A stretch of 64,000 nucleotides of DNA from the NCBI RefSeq assembly GCF_964355755.1, contig NC_092675.1:17022912-17086911 (forward strand), written 5' to 3'. This DNA comes from Antedon mediterranea. Taxonomy: Eukaryota; Animalia; Echinodermata. Position 1 is the first letter of the stretch. Every line of letters begins with the position of its first letter. The notes under the pieces were generated by a model that made no database searches, had not been told where the DNA came from, and was given only the letters and a program-made list of their open reading frames with translations. A program made the position numbers and the translations under genes. This document shows positions 24,701 through 39,700 of the stretch, in pieces.

Positions 24701-27700
24701 GATTTCTATTTTCATTGTTTTGTGGGAAAAAAAATCAAATTTTCTCAATGTTTTAAAGTATGGAATTAACAACCTTTCAATATGCATCGTTATGTTTACA
24801 ACAAACATTGTGGCATATGTACCTTATCATGTTAACAAGTAGTTATTTGTAATCATTTATTTTTAGGGATAAAAATAATTAACTTGAACAAATATTTGCT
24901 GGCACTAGTAGTTATAACCATACAAGTCATATAACACAAAAAGCATGTTTTTGAATGAAGTAACATATAACAGCAACAAACATGCAAATTAAAGTAAACG
25001 AATTACTGTAGGGAAATTGTCAATAGAAATAATATACCGATTCATTTCCTAAGGTTCTTTATGAAACAAAATTATAAACAAATTCCAAGTGTAACTTGTC
25101 AAGGTAAGCTTGATTTTTAAACATTTTATGTGTTACTGATTTCTATCCCCTCTCACTTTCCTATATTTCAAATGATTTCAGATGGCTCCACCCTAAAATG
25201 ATTTTCTATCACCCTTTCAAAATGATTAGTTCTGCCATTTAATAATGATACAGATTGATTCCACCTGTCATGTGGATTTACAGTTAAAGCCTACTGTACA
25301 TTTACTGATAGTTGGTAGTGTGTTGGGATATTCTCATTTTAGGACAGAGTTGATGGAATGTGCCATTGTCTAATACAGTAGTGCGAATTTTTATGTACAG
25401 CTACTAGTGTCGGTTTATCCAGGTAAGTATCACAGTACAATACCAATGCTATTGCTGTGGTTTGTGCTTATGCTCTTAATCTACATGTAATCAACTTTCC
25501 TAAACATGGACATCATTAGGCTTGCCCCAAAAAAATTGTTTACTGGAAAGAATTGTTTTCAGAATGTTTACATTCTGTTTTGATACGAGTTGTCGAGTGT
25601 ACCTTTGATGAGTCATCATACAATCTACTATTCTGTTTATTTTATTGATTCATAATCTAAATCAATAATAAGAATCATTCACGTACTTGATGACGTGTAT
25701 TGAGCATAAGTACCCTACCGGTAGATGTAGTTCAGATCAACAGAATGATAGTTCTACGTCATTTATTATAAATCATAGAAATCACCAACCGCGATTAACT
25801 TTCTTAAATAATAAACATTTGTAGGAGTAAATAATAAACATTTGTAATGTCTGTAGGAGTTGTGGTAGCTGAGTGGTTAGGACAGGATTTATTATCATAC
25901 AGAAAGACCCAAGTTTAATTCTGAATTACTACTCCACTCAGCTGTGTATGTAAATGAGTACCTGGATGCATTGAAAGTAAACCATACTACATTAGCTGAG
26001 GCTTAGTACAATAAGCTCCTCGATAATACTACTACAGCTCATTCCCCTACGTTAAAAATAAATACACAACTCGACTTTACCTTTCATATCATGCAGTAGG
26101 TTTTGGTTTTACAAAAGTATTAATAGCCTACAAGCTATAACCAATTGATCTCATCACATTTTCTGCAATTTGATTCATAAAATAAACATAATCTGTCCGG
26201 GGAAGAGTTAACTTCCCTGATCTGTCTATCCTACTACCATATGACACTATATTTTGTGGTCTAGGTTCCATCAAGGCAATCTAACAGAATGCTGAGCTCT
26301 GGAGATCAAAGGATTTATCTGTGGCTGCAACATGATTAGTTCCACGCCCCTTAACAGGGGCACCACACGATGCAGAGAATATGTACATAGTTACAGTACT
26401 ACTACTAGTGAAATTTGTTGCAGCCAGACAACAGATCAAAGGACTGTTAGATTGCCTTGGTTCCATTGAGTAGCACAGTACTATTTAAATTGCAATATCT
26501 ATTCATGATCATTAATATCATCAATGATAAACAATAATACAGTTTTTGTCTTTCATAATGAAACCTAAGCTTTAATTAGTTTACATACTGATAAAAACAT
26601 TGAGAGTGAAAGTTTAAAATTTCAGTAGTATTATGTAATTGATATTGTTTTACTTCCATTATGTTTCAATAGTGAAGTATTATTGACGACGCTTTAATTT
26701 CCTTAATACATGATCCAACTACTATTATACATGCTATACAATAACATTCCACAGTCAATGAACTAGAGTCGTTTACGCAAAGCATGCATTTAATTGGTCT
26801 ATAGTGTTTGTCACTATTGTATTGTATGGATATCATTGTTTAAAGTTTGTGGCTTTAGTAGAGACAGTCTTTAAGTCATTCCCTTCTGTCAACAAGCTAC
26901 TTCAGAATATACTGCTGTAATGCTTCCTGAATTGTCAACCATTATCATATTTGATGACTATTTAATAGATAGATTCAACCATTCAGGAAATATTTAGCAC
27001 AAATAAAAATATTATTGATGATCTATTTGAAGATAATTTTATGAAGATATGTTTAGCAGTATTTCTTGAAATGTGTTGATGTTTGTTTTGCATAATCAAC
27101 CACACAAGATGTTTCATGTGTTCAATTTAATTTTGAATTCATTCATGATTTGACCAGGAATTATTGTTGTTTTATGATGTATAATTTTTACAAGAATTTT
27201 GAGTATGCTTCGACGAAAACTCCAAAAAATGTTGTTCCTTCACATGATGTAAGTAAAGCGTTTTATCTCCCATTCATTTGTTAGGATTTTAAGACATTGC
27301 GACTGAAGTTTGCAACTTCTATCAAATAATGCTTCTATATGAATAATGATAATATTCTGTAATTAGTATAGAGTCGTAGGACTTCTAAAATTTGTGACAT
27401 TTGTGTCTCTGCAATCTCGAACCAGGTGCCTCCTACCGTAGGTCATCCAGAACTGGGTGCCTCCTACCCTAGGTCATCCTGAACCGGGGGGGGGGGGGGC
27501 CTCCAAACCTAGGTCATACCGAACTGGGTGCCTCTTACCCTAGGTCATCCTGAACCGAGATCCTCCAACCGTAGTTCACCCCGAACTGGGTGCCTCTCCT
27601 ACCCTAGGTCATCCTGAATTGGGTGCCTCCTACCCTTGGTCATCCTGAACCGGTGCCTCCTACCCTAGGTCAGTATGCCTTTTTAAAATACTGTGACTGC

Positions 27701-30700
27701 TCTCCATCAAAACATGGTTCTGTGTTTTCCAACATTGATTGTATTGTTCTAGTTTTGTATTATTGAAACAATAGTAACAATCAATGGTGTTATGCTTCAC
27801 AATTATAAATTTATGGTAATTAAACACAATTAGCATTTCTATAGTCTGTTTAAACCATTGTCTTTTAGATACTGATAAACACAACAGAATATTATGATGG
27901 ACTGTAACATTTTAACAGTTCTTTACAATCTATTGGTTTTATATTAATATCATTATAGTTTTGTGCAATACACTTTGATATTAATTTTAAACTTTCTCCT
28001 GTCAATTTTTCCTAAACATTGTACACAGGGCAAAATAGTTTAGTCTGTTTGTCAGACAGTATCATGTAGCTTTTCATGTCGTGGGCACTGAAAAATTAAA
28101 GATTGAATAATTAAGGTTGTACAGTCGAGTATTAGTTAAAATACAAATTGTGTAGTTTTCCATGAACCATAATTTAATTAATTAATTTAAATATCCCTGG
28201 ATTCCTTTATAATATCAGTCTGTAATTAATTTTAAAATGAATACTGTATTGGTAGCATTGCAGAAGAAAACAGTTTGTTGTATATATACTGTACAGTATA
28301 CAAATCCATGTTAGTGTTAACCTAAATAACTAAAAGCCATAGCCCCAATTTCACTGGTATGGTAGCTTAAATAGTTTAATTTCAAATAAACATTAATACT
28401 ACTGTAGATAGATTTTAGTTTAGAAATATATATGAATTACTCCTTTTTAGTATAAATAAAACCATATTCAATTAGGCCCTTGCAGTTTAGTTATACAATA
28501 TGACGTGGGACGACTTTAGTAATAATGGAGGAATATGTTTTTTTCTGTATTTTTATCTTTTGTATATTTTCTTGTATTTTAATTGTATTTTAATTGTTAA
28601 CTAAATACAATACTTTCTTTAAAGTTTATATTAAATGTAACTGACTTCATGATCAATGTAGAATTGCGTGTATTGATAATAGAGCAAATTGAACTTTACA
28701 CTTTTCTAACAGCCCTTGTCATACCTACAGTATACCTAGTATTATTAATAGTATTACTACAATACTGCTCAAACTTCTAAGCAGACCCTTTGAAACCAGT
28801 TATTTGAGGTATGCGCTTTAACAATGTTTTGGTGTCTTAGATATCATGTACTACTTATTTTCATTAGGTTAGTTTTTAGGCTGTATCTCATACTGCTGGG
28901 TTTGCTCAGTGTCCAGGTGTAGTTCCAACACAGTGGTGCCTGGATCGTTATATTAATCTAGTATAGTATTTTAGGATACCTGCATTTTTGTTGTATTTTT
29001 CTCTAGGTTCTCAAATTACATTCACCCATCAAAAGTGGACTTTCTGATGAAAATGTTCTGTTTAGTTGAATCATTGATTTATTTTGTTATGAGTTTTAAT
29101 GTTTACCAGTAAAATTTGTAAAATTAATTATTTTTAAAAACGATAACAATAATAAAAAATGTTAGTATTTAAGCAGTACAGTACACGCCCACCCTAAGTT
29201 ATTAAGCCACAAACCTTAGAATTATCAAATATTGTGTTAAAAAAAATGTATGCTTTATACCAGTATGTTAGTTTACTGCTATTTCCACTTCCTAGTTTTT
29301 AATTACTAATTTCAAAGGTCAAATAAATACAATATTATTCAATGTCAATATTTAGTAATTTGTTACACAATACAGATTAATTACTGTATTGTATTTATAA
29401 AATTATTAATATTAGACGAAGTTTAATTGTTGAATTTGTAATAACCTTACATTCTGTTTCATTTTATTGATGTACAGTTTTATCCTACTGTTCTTTACAC
29501 ATATTGCAAGCTTGGTTTCCGCTAGGATACAATGCAAGGACAAACAAGCAACGCAGGCAATTTGATCAATCACAAGCGAAGTAGTATAAGAACTGTCGCT
29601 TATGATCGGTCAAATTACGTGTACGCATTGCGTCTAAGCTGTAATCATATTTTGGTATTTGCTTATTTTAACAGTTTTACGTATTCAAATAATACAATTT
29701 TTGAAAACCTTTTTTCCTATTGCATTAATGTTGAAATTAAAATATTTTGTCGTCACCAACTTCAATTTCATTTTGCTGAAAAATTAATTCCCACTGCCAT
29801 TGGAATTTGCTGGTTTATAGCTAGTTATGCAAGCCATGTCATTAACCCATCTTGTGGTTAAAAAACAAAATTATCTGTGTCCCTGAAAATGTGCTTGTTT
29901 GTTAGTTAGTAACCTGGGTATGACTGACTGGAGTGTACATGTCAATAGTCGCTTTAACATGTTAGCTAATATTACGAAGATTCAGCTAGGATTTGATCAT
30001 TGGTATGCGTTAATGGTGTCTTTTCCCCTCAAGCTAATTCATATAAAAAAATTTCTTACTCATATCTGTCATAACATCATCAAGAAACGCATTTCACTAA
30101 TAGTTAAGATGTGAACAAGCTAGCAGCTAATTTTGATTTCTTGTTGTGTTCATTGTTTTGTTAATGTTAATGTCGATTTTGTGCAAATCATAAATGCTGT
30201 AGAATAAATTTGATGTTTTCCTTCTCAATATTGGATTGATTCAAGGATTTTTTGTTTTGTGAATTTTTTGAGTGTTCATACTTATGATGAAATTAAGTAT
30301 GAGGACATTAATTTCATCGCCTCCATGTTTTCGAAGACGAACAGAGAGCATTGCTACATCTCTCGCAAGCGAGATTGAAATTGAAGATGACAACTTCACT
30401 CCTCTCAGTCACGTAGGTTCAAATCTATTTGCTTATATCATAAAGTATGTTTGCCTTTTAAAAGAATGTAAAGAGGAAATGGTCAGCTCTGTGCTTTTGT
30501 TTCATACAGTATACATTACTAGCTATATGTTTGGTCAATGGCTTTTATACCATACATTGCAGTGAATCACACTTAGTAATATAGAAGTCATAGGCTTTTA
30601 TTTGAAATGAATCCTACTAATGAAAATGATTCTACTAATATACAGTATGAACATGATTGCATAGGAGAAAAAATGGTTGAACCTCTACAAAAACCAGAAA

Positions 30701-33700
30701 ATGTTGTACCAAAGAGATGTTTAGTACATTATTGAAAAGTATCTGTAGTTTATGCTTTATACTATACATGTATATCCCCAAATCTTTCCTAAAATCTAAT
30801 TTTGGATGAGAGGTGTAGGGTTGGATTAACTGCATTTGCCTGTTCTATAAGTTCACATACAGTACCTGAATGTGGCTTATTTGTGCTTTTACCATTTGGA
30901 ATAGTTGGCATGTATTAAACTGTATATAAATGCTAGCTGACCATTGGCCAACCACAATCTTCTTTTCAACCCTTCTAGGAACTCTCCGCATCCTATCAAT
31001 GTAACCTTCCCAACCTATTACAAAAGTCATTAACTGATTGAATGATACTGTACATTGTTATATAAGTGGTATGTCAATATTATTGACTAGTTCAATGCAC
31101 TCAGTTTGGCTATTAAAATCTCTTCACAAGTTCTAGTGAATACTCAAAGAGGTCTTTTGTTTTCAAAGCGATTTCAGATTATTGGGATACACTGGATAAT
31201 ATAACTTCTTAAAAATGAATTTAAGAGAATTTCAAGAATTTGAAATTGAATAAAAGAAAGTATTTCTCTTATTTTTTTATTCCTGATGTAAATTGAAAGT
31301 TTGTAGATATAATTTGAATTTTACCATGTTTCTTAATTTTCTGAGAATTTTAGCTAGTAGTTTAGTCAAAATGAGGCTTACAATACTGACTTTAGTCCCA
31401 GCAGGCTGTCAGGTATCCAATATCTCATCATTTGCTAGTTTGTGATCTTAGAGCTATAACATTACATGGAATGATCCTTTGCTAAAAGTTAGATGCTAAG
31501 ATTCTCTGTCTTTAAATAGCTGCACACATACAGGTAATTGTATTACTTAGATTCTCCTTTTATTTTAGCCTAGCAGTAGCCATACCAATTCAAAGGTTGT
31601 CTGCATTGAAAGGCTCTAGAACCTCTAACATGACTTGTGTGTATGCTTGAATAGTATAAACCACCAGGTTTAACCATTCTGCCAGGAAAACTCAAAAGAC
31701 CCACCTTTAGAACCCGACAAAGTGTCCTATTTATTAGGGTTATCCGCTGAATAGGGATTTCCCATAGGCGGGTTTTATTGTAACTCATTGGTATTACTAC
31801 CTACAGTAGTATTAATACTGTATTTTTTATTTTTCTTGTATCGTGTATAGCATCTTATTCTTAATTGAACATTACTGTAGACCCATAGAATTCTATAGAA
31901 CATGTTATAATATACTGACAATACTACTACAGTATAAAGCAGAAACCCTCCCTACACATTTCTGTTTTAATTCATATTTTGCTTTCATATGATATTTGAT
32001 TTCTGTTTTACACTCAATGTTTCATTGCTAGCAATAAATCTGTAAAATTATATTGTTGCTATGAAGGTGTTTGATGTTGCCATGGTAAAACACATTTTAC
32101 TTCATTTTAACAAAATTAAAATTATAATGGTAATTTATTTATTATTTTCATAAGAACTTGGCAAGTCTGTGTTTCCTTGTTATGAACAACTTGTGAAACC
32201 TACACATTTATCTATCACATTATATCTAGTGAATTTATAACACAAGTCTGAGTAGCATTTCCTCCTTGACTCGTTCTACTTGGTAGATAAATGGCGAATG
32301 AGGAAGATAACTTATTTCTTTAGTATTATTTAAGATAAATATTGTTTCTTGATATGCTTTATTTACAACTTCCTGATATATGTACTGTCAAATTAAAGTG
32401 TTTTTTCCATGCTAGGCTTACTAGATCCATCTTTATGGAATCATGGCAAACTTTATACCACATAAAATACTGTACATACAAGTTCATTATTTCCTTAACA
32501 AATGAATGACTCACTGTCATGGTCCAGTATGAACTGTTAGCATATAGCCACAAGTCTGTTAGCATGGCCATAGCCACCAGTACAGTTGGTAAGGTTTCAA
32601 TCAACCTGACTACCTTTTGACAGAAGCCTTTGAGTTGACACACTTTAATAATTCTACAGCACTGGTTAAAACAGCCATTCTTTTAAATGCCGGGTGCGGG
32701 CAAAAAATTTATATTGATCATACATTCCAGTAATTATCAATCTATGTTTCATAATTTTTGGAATTATATTTGTGTTACATGATCTTGTTAAAAATATGTG
32801 GGGGATAGTTCAAATTACACAGTAAAGTCTCTATTCTTTTGTACAAAAAATACAATGAAAGTAAACGGTGTGGTAAAAAATGTTATCAGATGGCTTAATA
32901 TAAGTTGAATTTGATGTTTCAGATTTTTATTTTCGTGCTATAAGTAATAACAAAAATTATCTTATTATCTTATCTTTATTTCACTTGCTAGGGAGTCACG
33001 AGACATGTTATTACATTATAAGGTTTAACTACCAACTACTGAAAAAAAATCTTTTTCCAAATTGTGTATTTTACCATTTTAAGGGAAATTCATGTTTTTT
33101 TTGTCATATTTGCACATATTTGATTTGTGTATAAATAATTAACCAAATTGAAATATTATATTCAAAATTCATGTCTGTACCTGAGCTTTAAGGTTTCATT
33201 GTAAGGTGAATCTTGTTATTCAAATACAGAGCTTATGATGTTTTAAATGCCTTTACATGTTATGCTCACCTTTAATTTGATGGTATTATATCACTTTTTC
33301 TTTTAAAATTGATATTATAATATTATCAAGATTACTCTTTTTTTTTTTAGGAAAGTGACACTAGTAGCCAACGAAGCTCGATAGGAGATGTTAGTACAAC
33401 ATCACGTGACACACTCAGTCCACCTGACATAATTTCCAGAACTCCAACATCAGAAAACCGATTAACAAGATCACCGGACACAATGGTTCCTTCATACATT
33501 GGAATGAACCAGTCACAACTAACAAGAGGGCCTTCAAAAAGTAGTTCATCGACCAGTTTGAATTCTGACATACTTGAATCTCAATACAACAATCAGGAGG
33601 AAATCTTGCATTTGACTCGAGAAGTTAGACAATTTCAAGAAGCACTTGGTGCTATGCGTGGTATCTTCTCTGAAGATGAAGGTATATTCCAACCTTTAAT

Positions 33701-36700
33701 TCCATAAAAAAGATGTACATTCCAATTCCTTATTCCGATGTATTGTTTGTGTTGGCGATGTATTGTTTGTGTTGGCGGCTCATTTAGACAGTGGATTAAG
33801 GTGATGGTTCAGATAAACAAAACCACAAGATTTTATTTTTGTCTTTGTGCCAAGCATAAACAAATTCTGGATCTTGCAGCGTGTAAAAAAAGAAGTTCTC
33901 CTCTAGAAAAGGACATTGTATTATAATAATAAAATAATAAATTATTTTTGTATGTGTTTTTTAGAACTCACAGAATCTATTCAGTGTAAAATACAAGAGC
34001 AGTTGAAGGAGTTACTTTGCATTTTACGTTCAACTTTGAATAGATATCCAGCACTAACAACGCAAGAAATAAACTCATCATCCCTACATCTCATTAAGCA
34101 AGTCGAAGGTAAGATTATGCACAGGACTTAAATATTTAAAACCCATTGAAGACGTGGCCCGTATCCCATAATTTTTCGGAAGGATAAAACATTTCACATA
34201 ACAATAAAACCAACAATTGCAGAAAGTTACAGCCATAGACATGTATTTTGCATTTTTCCTAAACCTAAAAAAAAATACCTTATTTAGCCTCAGTCACTTG
34301 GGGTAAAAACCTAACTGTCTTCAAAGGGTTAAAATGGTCTTTAGGTTTACTATTTTAGAAAATAATTAAAATTGATGATAGCCGTAGTACAGAGCCTACA
34401 GTGAATAGCTCATCAGGAGAGGATCTCTATTAAATAGTACATTTGAATAGTTCAACTAGTTAAGAGTATCTTAACATCCCATCTGAAGGGACAGAAATAC
34501 AGAAAGGCAGTACATGCAAGTTTCAATCCCTCGCCTTCTCACATGGCAATTCAGCAACCCCAGTCATATCATTCCTCCTGCCTTGCTGTTTAGCTAGCCA
34601 GTTGGGCTTAAAATGTGCTACACTGCTAGTCCAACTGAGATTAGGTAATGCGTGTCAGGTCTAGGTAGGTACTAGACCATTGATTACATTGTACTAGACA
34701 TGATTTACAAACTTCATACACTACATTAAACACTACTCTTGCAGTTACAAGTTCTAGACACTTGTCTAGTTTTAGTTCAAAGTTCTTTATCAATCTGTGT
34801 CAGGAATAACACGTGTATTGTCTACCATACAGTAGGGCATCATACTGTATGGGATATAATGGGTTTGATCTAATTTCAGTACTTTACTATACATTACAGA
34901 ATATTCGGACATATTACGGACATTTAAATTATAATCCCAATTACAGACGTATGTAAATGGAAAAGTATATAATAATAGTAATACAGTTACATACAAACTG
35001 CACACATTTTGCACCTATTATACTGTACACAAAAAACACTGCTGACATTGGTTTTTCCATGAGTGTCAAAACATAGCAAACCAAATGATGACATCACTGG
35101 CCCCATCTTGTAAAAACAACAACTTTCTTTAGTTTAACCTTTACCAGGTCAATTCTGAAGTAGTTTTTTTGTGTATACAAAATAATTATTCTTGTGACCA
35201 ACACCAGGATATAAACACCTAAAAATCAAAATTATAATGTTTATCCCTGAACCAATGATGGTAAATCAATAAAACAATAATGTGCCTGTGACTCATAGTG
35301 CAAACTTTGACCACAATGGTAAACATTTCTTTTATAATTGTGTAAAACAGGGTTTCCCTGTTGTTACAACCGCTAATGTAAAAAACACCAGCTAATGTCG
35401 AAACAATCGTTATTGTAGAACAACCCACCGCTTATGTAGAACAAATCAACACCATCTAATGTAGAACGGTCAACAGCTAATGTAGTAACAAAAATTGCTT
35501 CCCAGCTAGTAGTTACTATCGCTAGCTCATATAGACAATATATATATTTTTTTATTTATTTATTTTTTTAAATATTTTTTTTTTAAGCGACCACCTCTCT
35601 TAACGTCCACATCTCTCTAAAAAAAAACCTCTTTCTTAAAGACCACCTCTTTCTCCTAAGGGACCACTTCTCATAATCGACCACATTCTGTAACGACCAT
35701 CTCTCGTAAATGACCACCTATTGAACGACCACCATCTCTGTTAAGAGACCACTTCTAATAATCTAACACTTCTCGTAAGTGATCACCTCCTCATAAGGGA
35801 CCGCTTCTCATAATCAATCACCTCTCATAAGCGACCACCTTTCTTAACGAACACATCGTATTAAGTGAACACCTCTTTTAAAGAATCACCAACACTCGTA
35901 AGGGACCGCTTTTCATATTCGACCATTTCTCTAAGCGACCACACCTCTTTTAAGGGACAACAATCTCTCTCTCTCTCTGACTAGAGGTGTGGTCGTTAAT
36001 AGAGGTGGTCGTTTAATATAGGTGCTCGTTAAGAGAGGTGGTTAGTAATACGAGAGGTCGTTTTTACGGGAAATGCTCGATTATGAGAATCGTTAAGAGA
36101 GATGGTGGTCCTTTTGATAGTCTACTGTACATTAGCTGGGAGGCAATTTTCGTTTCTACATTAGCTGTTGACCGTTCTACAGTACATCAGCTGGTGTCGA
36201 TTTTGTATTTACTACATAAGCTGTTGGTGTTTCTACATTAGCTGGATGTTTTTCTACATTAGCGGTGGATTGTTCTACATTAACGGTTGTTTCGGCATTA
36301 GCTGGCGTTTTCTACATTAGCATTGTAACACCTGTGTTTATCTAATTGATCAATATTATAGTTACTGTGTTACTGAAGAATAAGGAAGCTCTGTCTAAAC
36401 TATCAAACTACAGTAATTTGACAAAAAAGTGTGATGTGCTATAGTATTGGTATGCCTAAAATTTGGTAGTGATATGCTCAAATATGAAAGGGATATGACA
36501 TCATCATGTCCATATATACAGTAGTCGCATAAAGTTTGATAGTGTAGACAGAGCTTTAATCTGTAGTTTATGTACTGTAAAGGCATGATGTATACTTTTG
36601 CCGTGTCCGTCATACATTACAGTACATTAGGCATTGCAGTGCTAGACATTATTCTGTGATGGGGTGAATATCCTTGTTTATGAGTATATCCGCAAATACG

Positions 36701-39700
36701 TTTACAAATTTACATTAAGAGTTGTAAATATTTAAAATGAACTTATGAAGTACACTGTGCTGCACATGTTAAACTTCTCAAATCTCAATGATGCTGAAAA
36801 AAAAAACATGTTTTAGTGTTATTATATATTTTGTTGATTCTGTCAAGTGACAGACATATGTAGCCGCATTTATGTTTTCTTTGAAATTAAAAATTACAAA
36901 CACCACCTATCCATACTTACTACTGGGTTTTATACAGTATAACTGACTTGGTACTAAGTTTTGTTAGAATTTATAAATCATGACACTTAGCAATTTATAA
37001 ATATTTCAGTATTTCATCCCTTTTATATAATTAACTGCTATTTTCAAACGTTTGTATCTTTTACTGTTTTTTAATCGGTGAAAATAAGACCTAAGCCAGA
37101 TTTCAGTGTTTGCCCAAATACATTGGATGGTTGAATTTCTAACTTTATTAAAATGTTCTCCAAAATTATTTTAATTTTGCAGTGTTGCACTAAAATCTTA
37201 AAGTGTTAGAGATGAATGTTTATAGATTGATTCACTTTGGTTCTTTGCAGTGAGCTATCAAGGGACCTACTTTCTCAGAAACATAGCAAAACTATTTCTC
37301 TCAGGTGTTTTAACCTATTTTTAAATTAGGATGCATTCACCTTTAAACTGTAGCATAGTAGTAAAATACAAGATGTAGCAATACCTTACTACTGCACATA
37401 CCGATATCATGCTGTGTTAAACTGAGTAATTTAACAGAACACCTAGGGAGAAAGATAGCAAAATACACACATGCAAAGCTAACTACTATTTACAAAAACA
37501 TCGTTCATTTCAGAAAGATGGAATTCCAAATAGAAATGTAGGTTTCTATGAGAATATTTATAATAGACTAGAACGCGGGCCAATCCAAGGGTTTTGGGTT
37601 CAAATCTCATCTTATGGCAGGATTTGTTCTCATGACAACAACATTAATTCCACTGTTTAAATGTAGAGCATATTGTATTTGTTCTTTAAAAAGGATTGCC
37701 ACCTTTAAGAATAGTTGTATGAATTCACTTTGTTTTGTTTTGTATAATAATAATAATTGTTTTGCTTTTGTTCTGTAATTTTAATGTATCTCGTCATTTC
37801 TTGAGACTTTTTTGAATAAATTGAAATTAATATCAAACAAAAAAAAAACACCTATTTAAGTATTAATTAACATCCAACTTGTTTCATTTATGTACTCTAC
37901 TTTGTTTTATTGTGCAACATCATTTTAATAAATAGTAGAACCAGATTTAAGAGATTGAAGGAGGAGAGAGGACACCATCGGGTAATAAAAGTCTCCTGAA
38001 TAAGGTTGGCCATAGAGTTATCACTGTTACAAGTCAAGGAGTAGGGCCTACTGTACAATACATAATCATAATGATTAACAATGAATACTGTTCATCGAGG
38101 AATTATTCATATCTTAATTGTGTTATGTATTATTAAAATACTTAATTCTAAATATAGAAATATATAAAAAGCTATATTGATATGACTGTTATTGTAAGTA
38201 AGTATATAAAAAGCATTCATGGTGGTTAATTTTCCCTGTCAGTGTCATCAATCCTTTGTATAACTGCCATAGGGTAATGATTTGCAAAATGTAAATTTAT
38301 ACTGTAGGAGGAGGAGCTTTTGTTCAGTTATTCTAAAGGTATTGTTGTGATTATAATATCAAAGTCATCCTTTTTAATTAATGCATTCTCATAAAACCAG
38401 TGCCAGGTTTAGGATTTTGAAATAGGAGGCCTAGGACCTAAAAATGATAATGAAGTGCACCTCATCAATATCCTATCGGTTGCATTGCTGGTTCTTCCCT
38501 AACCTTTTTTAATCCAAAAGATCTAAATGGTGGTCATTATTTGAAGGTAAAAATGCTTATATTTTTGTCTAGTCAGGGTGTAAATAGATACAAATTTCCT
38601 GTAAAATATCTAATGACTAAACACATTTTTTCAATTGATTCTTTTAAAGTATGTTTAAAAAACTTACTTTGTTTTTTTATAGCTATTTTTCATTCATCAT
38701 TGTTCATGAGAAACAATGCTATTCTATAGCTAGTTTCTATCCAGCCCAATGTAAACCTTTGCTATTATTTTAGCTTTCACACCAGTCCCACCAAATTTCC
38801 CTAATTATAATATAATAAGGGAAACTTACTGCATTCTCACTCCTGAGGACGATCAAAGTACATGTCTAGTACATGCAATCGAAATCGGACATAAGTCGCA
38901 TGTGTAGATTTGTAGAGATAGCCAAAAACAAGGCTGAACAATTACATTTTTTTTAATGCAATGTTTACAGAAAATGATAGCTGAAATAGTATTTATTTAC
39001 ATTACCTTGGTGTTTTTCTATTTTGAGACAAATAAATGAATTTTAACATTTTGTGTGGTATGTTGGTTAAAAAGATGTAAAGGTGTAAATAATGTATGAC
39101 TTTCATATATTTATGCTTAAATTGAAAGTGTTCTATTGGGTTGTTTTTAATGTAAATTTTGCATAATAATAGAACAATAGTTAATTATAATGAAGGTGCA
39201 AAGTTTCATTAAAATATAACAATTAGAATACCATTTTGTTAATGTGTAAACTCAAACATTTTTTTCAGTTTATTTTTTTGTATTTGTCCGACATTTCCTG
39301 TTACTTAACTTTAAAAGCTTTTTCTCAAAACACTGATTGTAACAGCCAAAACTTTAGATTCCCTTGCATGTTCCACATATATTGATCGAAAAACTCAACA
39401 ATTCTTTTCAGAAATATATGCAAACTTTATATCAATATAAAAACTTACTTAATAGTTATAATAATATAATAATTAAAAAAATAATTATTTATTAGCTTAC
39501 AATACAACAAGAAAGAATAGTTATAATCAATTATAAAATGGAATAAATTTTCTGTATTCTCAGGTTTATTCAATGATCTCAATGTACCAGACAAAAGCAA
39601 ATATTTTAACGCAGTTGACGAATTGGCATCTTCATTTAGTACCAGGTATGGTAGTATGATCATTTTGTTTAAGGTCAACAAATACTTAAGTTAAGTGTAA

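Noticed and set aside
24495-24842. Hydrophobic 115-aa ORF (likewise 29532-29861, 601-882 and similar)
   Set aside because: F/I/L/K bias is expected from AT-rich non-coding DNA; no recognisable domain or splice context.
25390-25428. Extra RhoGAP coding exon ending in CAG|GTAAGT
   Set aside because: The phase-0 frame contains TAG; it could be non-coding but there is no support.
27416-27672. Collagen-like or other coding repeat
   Set aside because: Unit length varies, no stable frame, and no splice signals.
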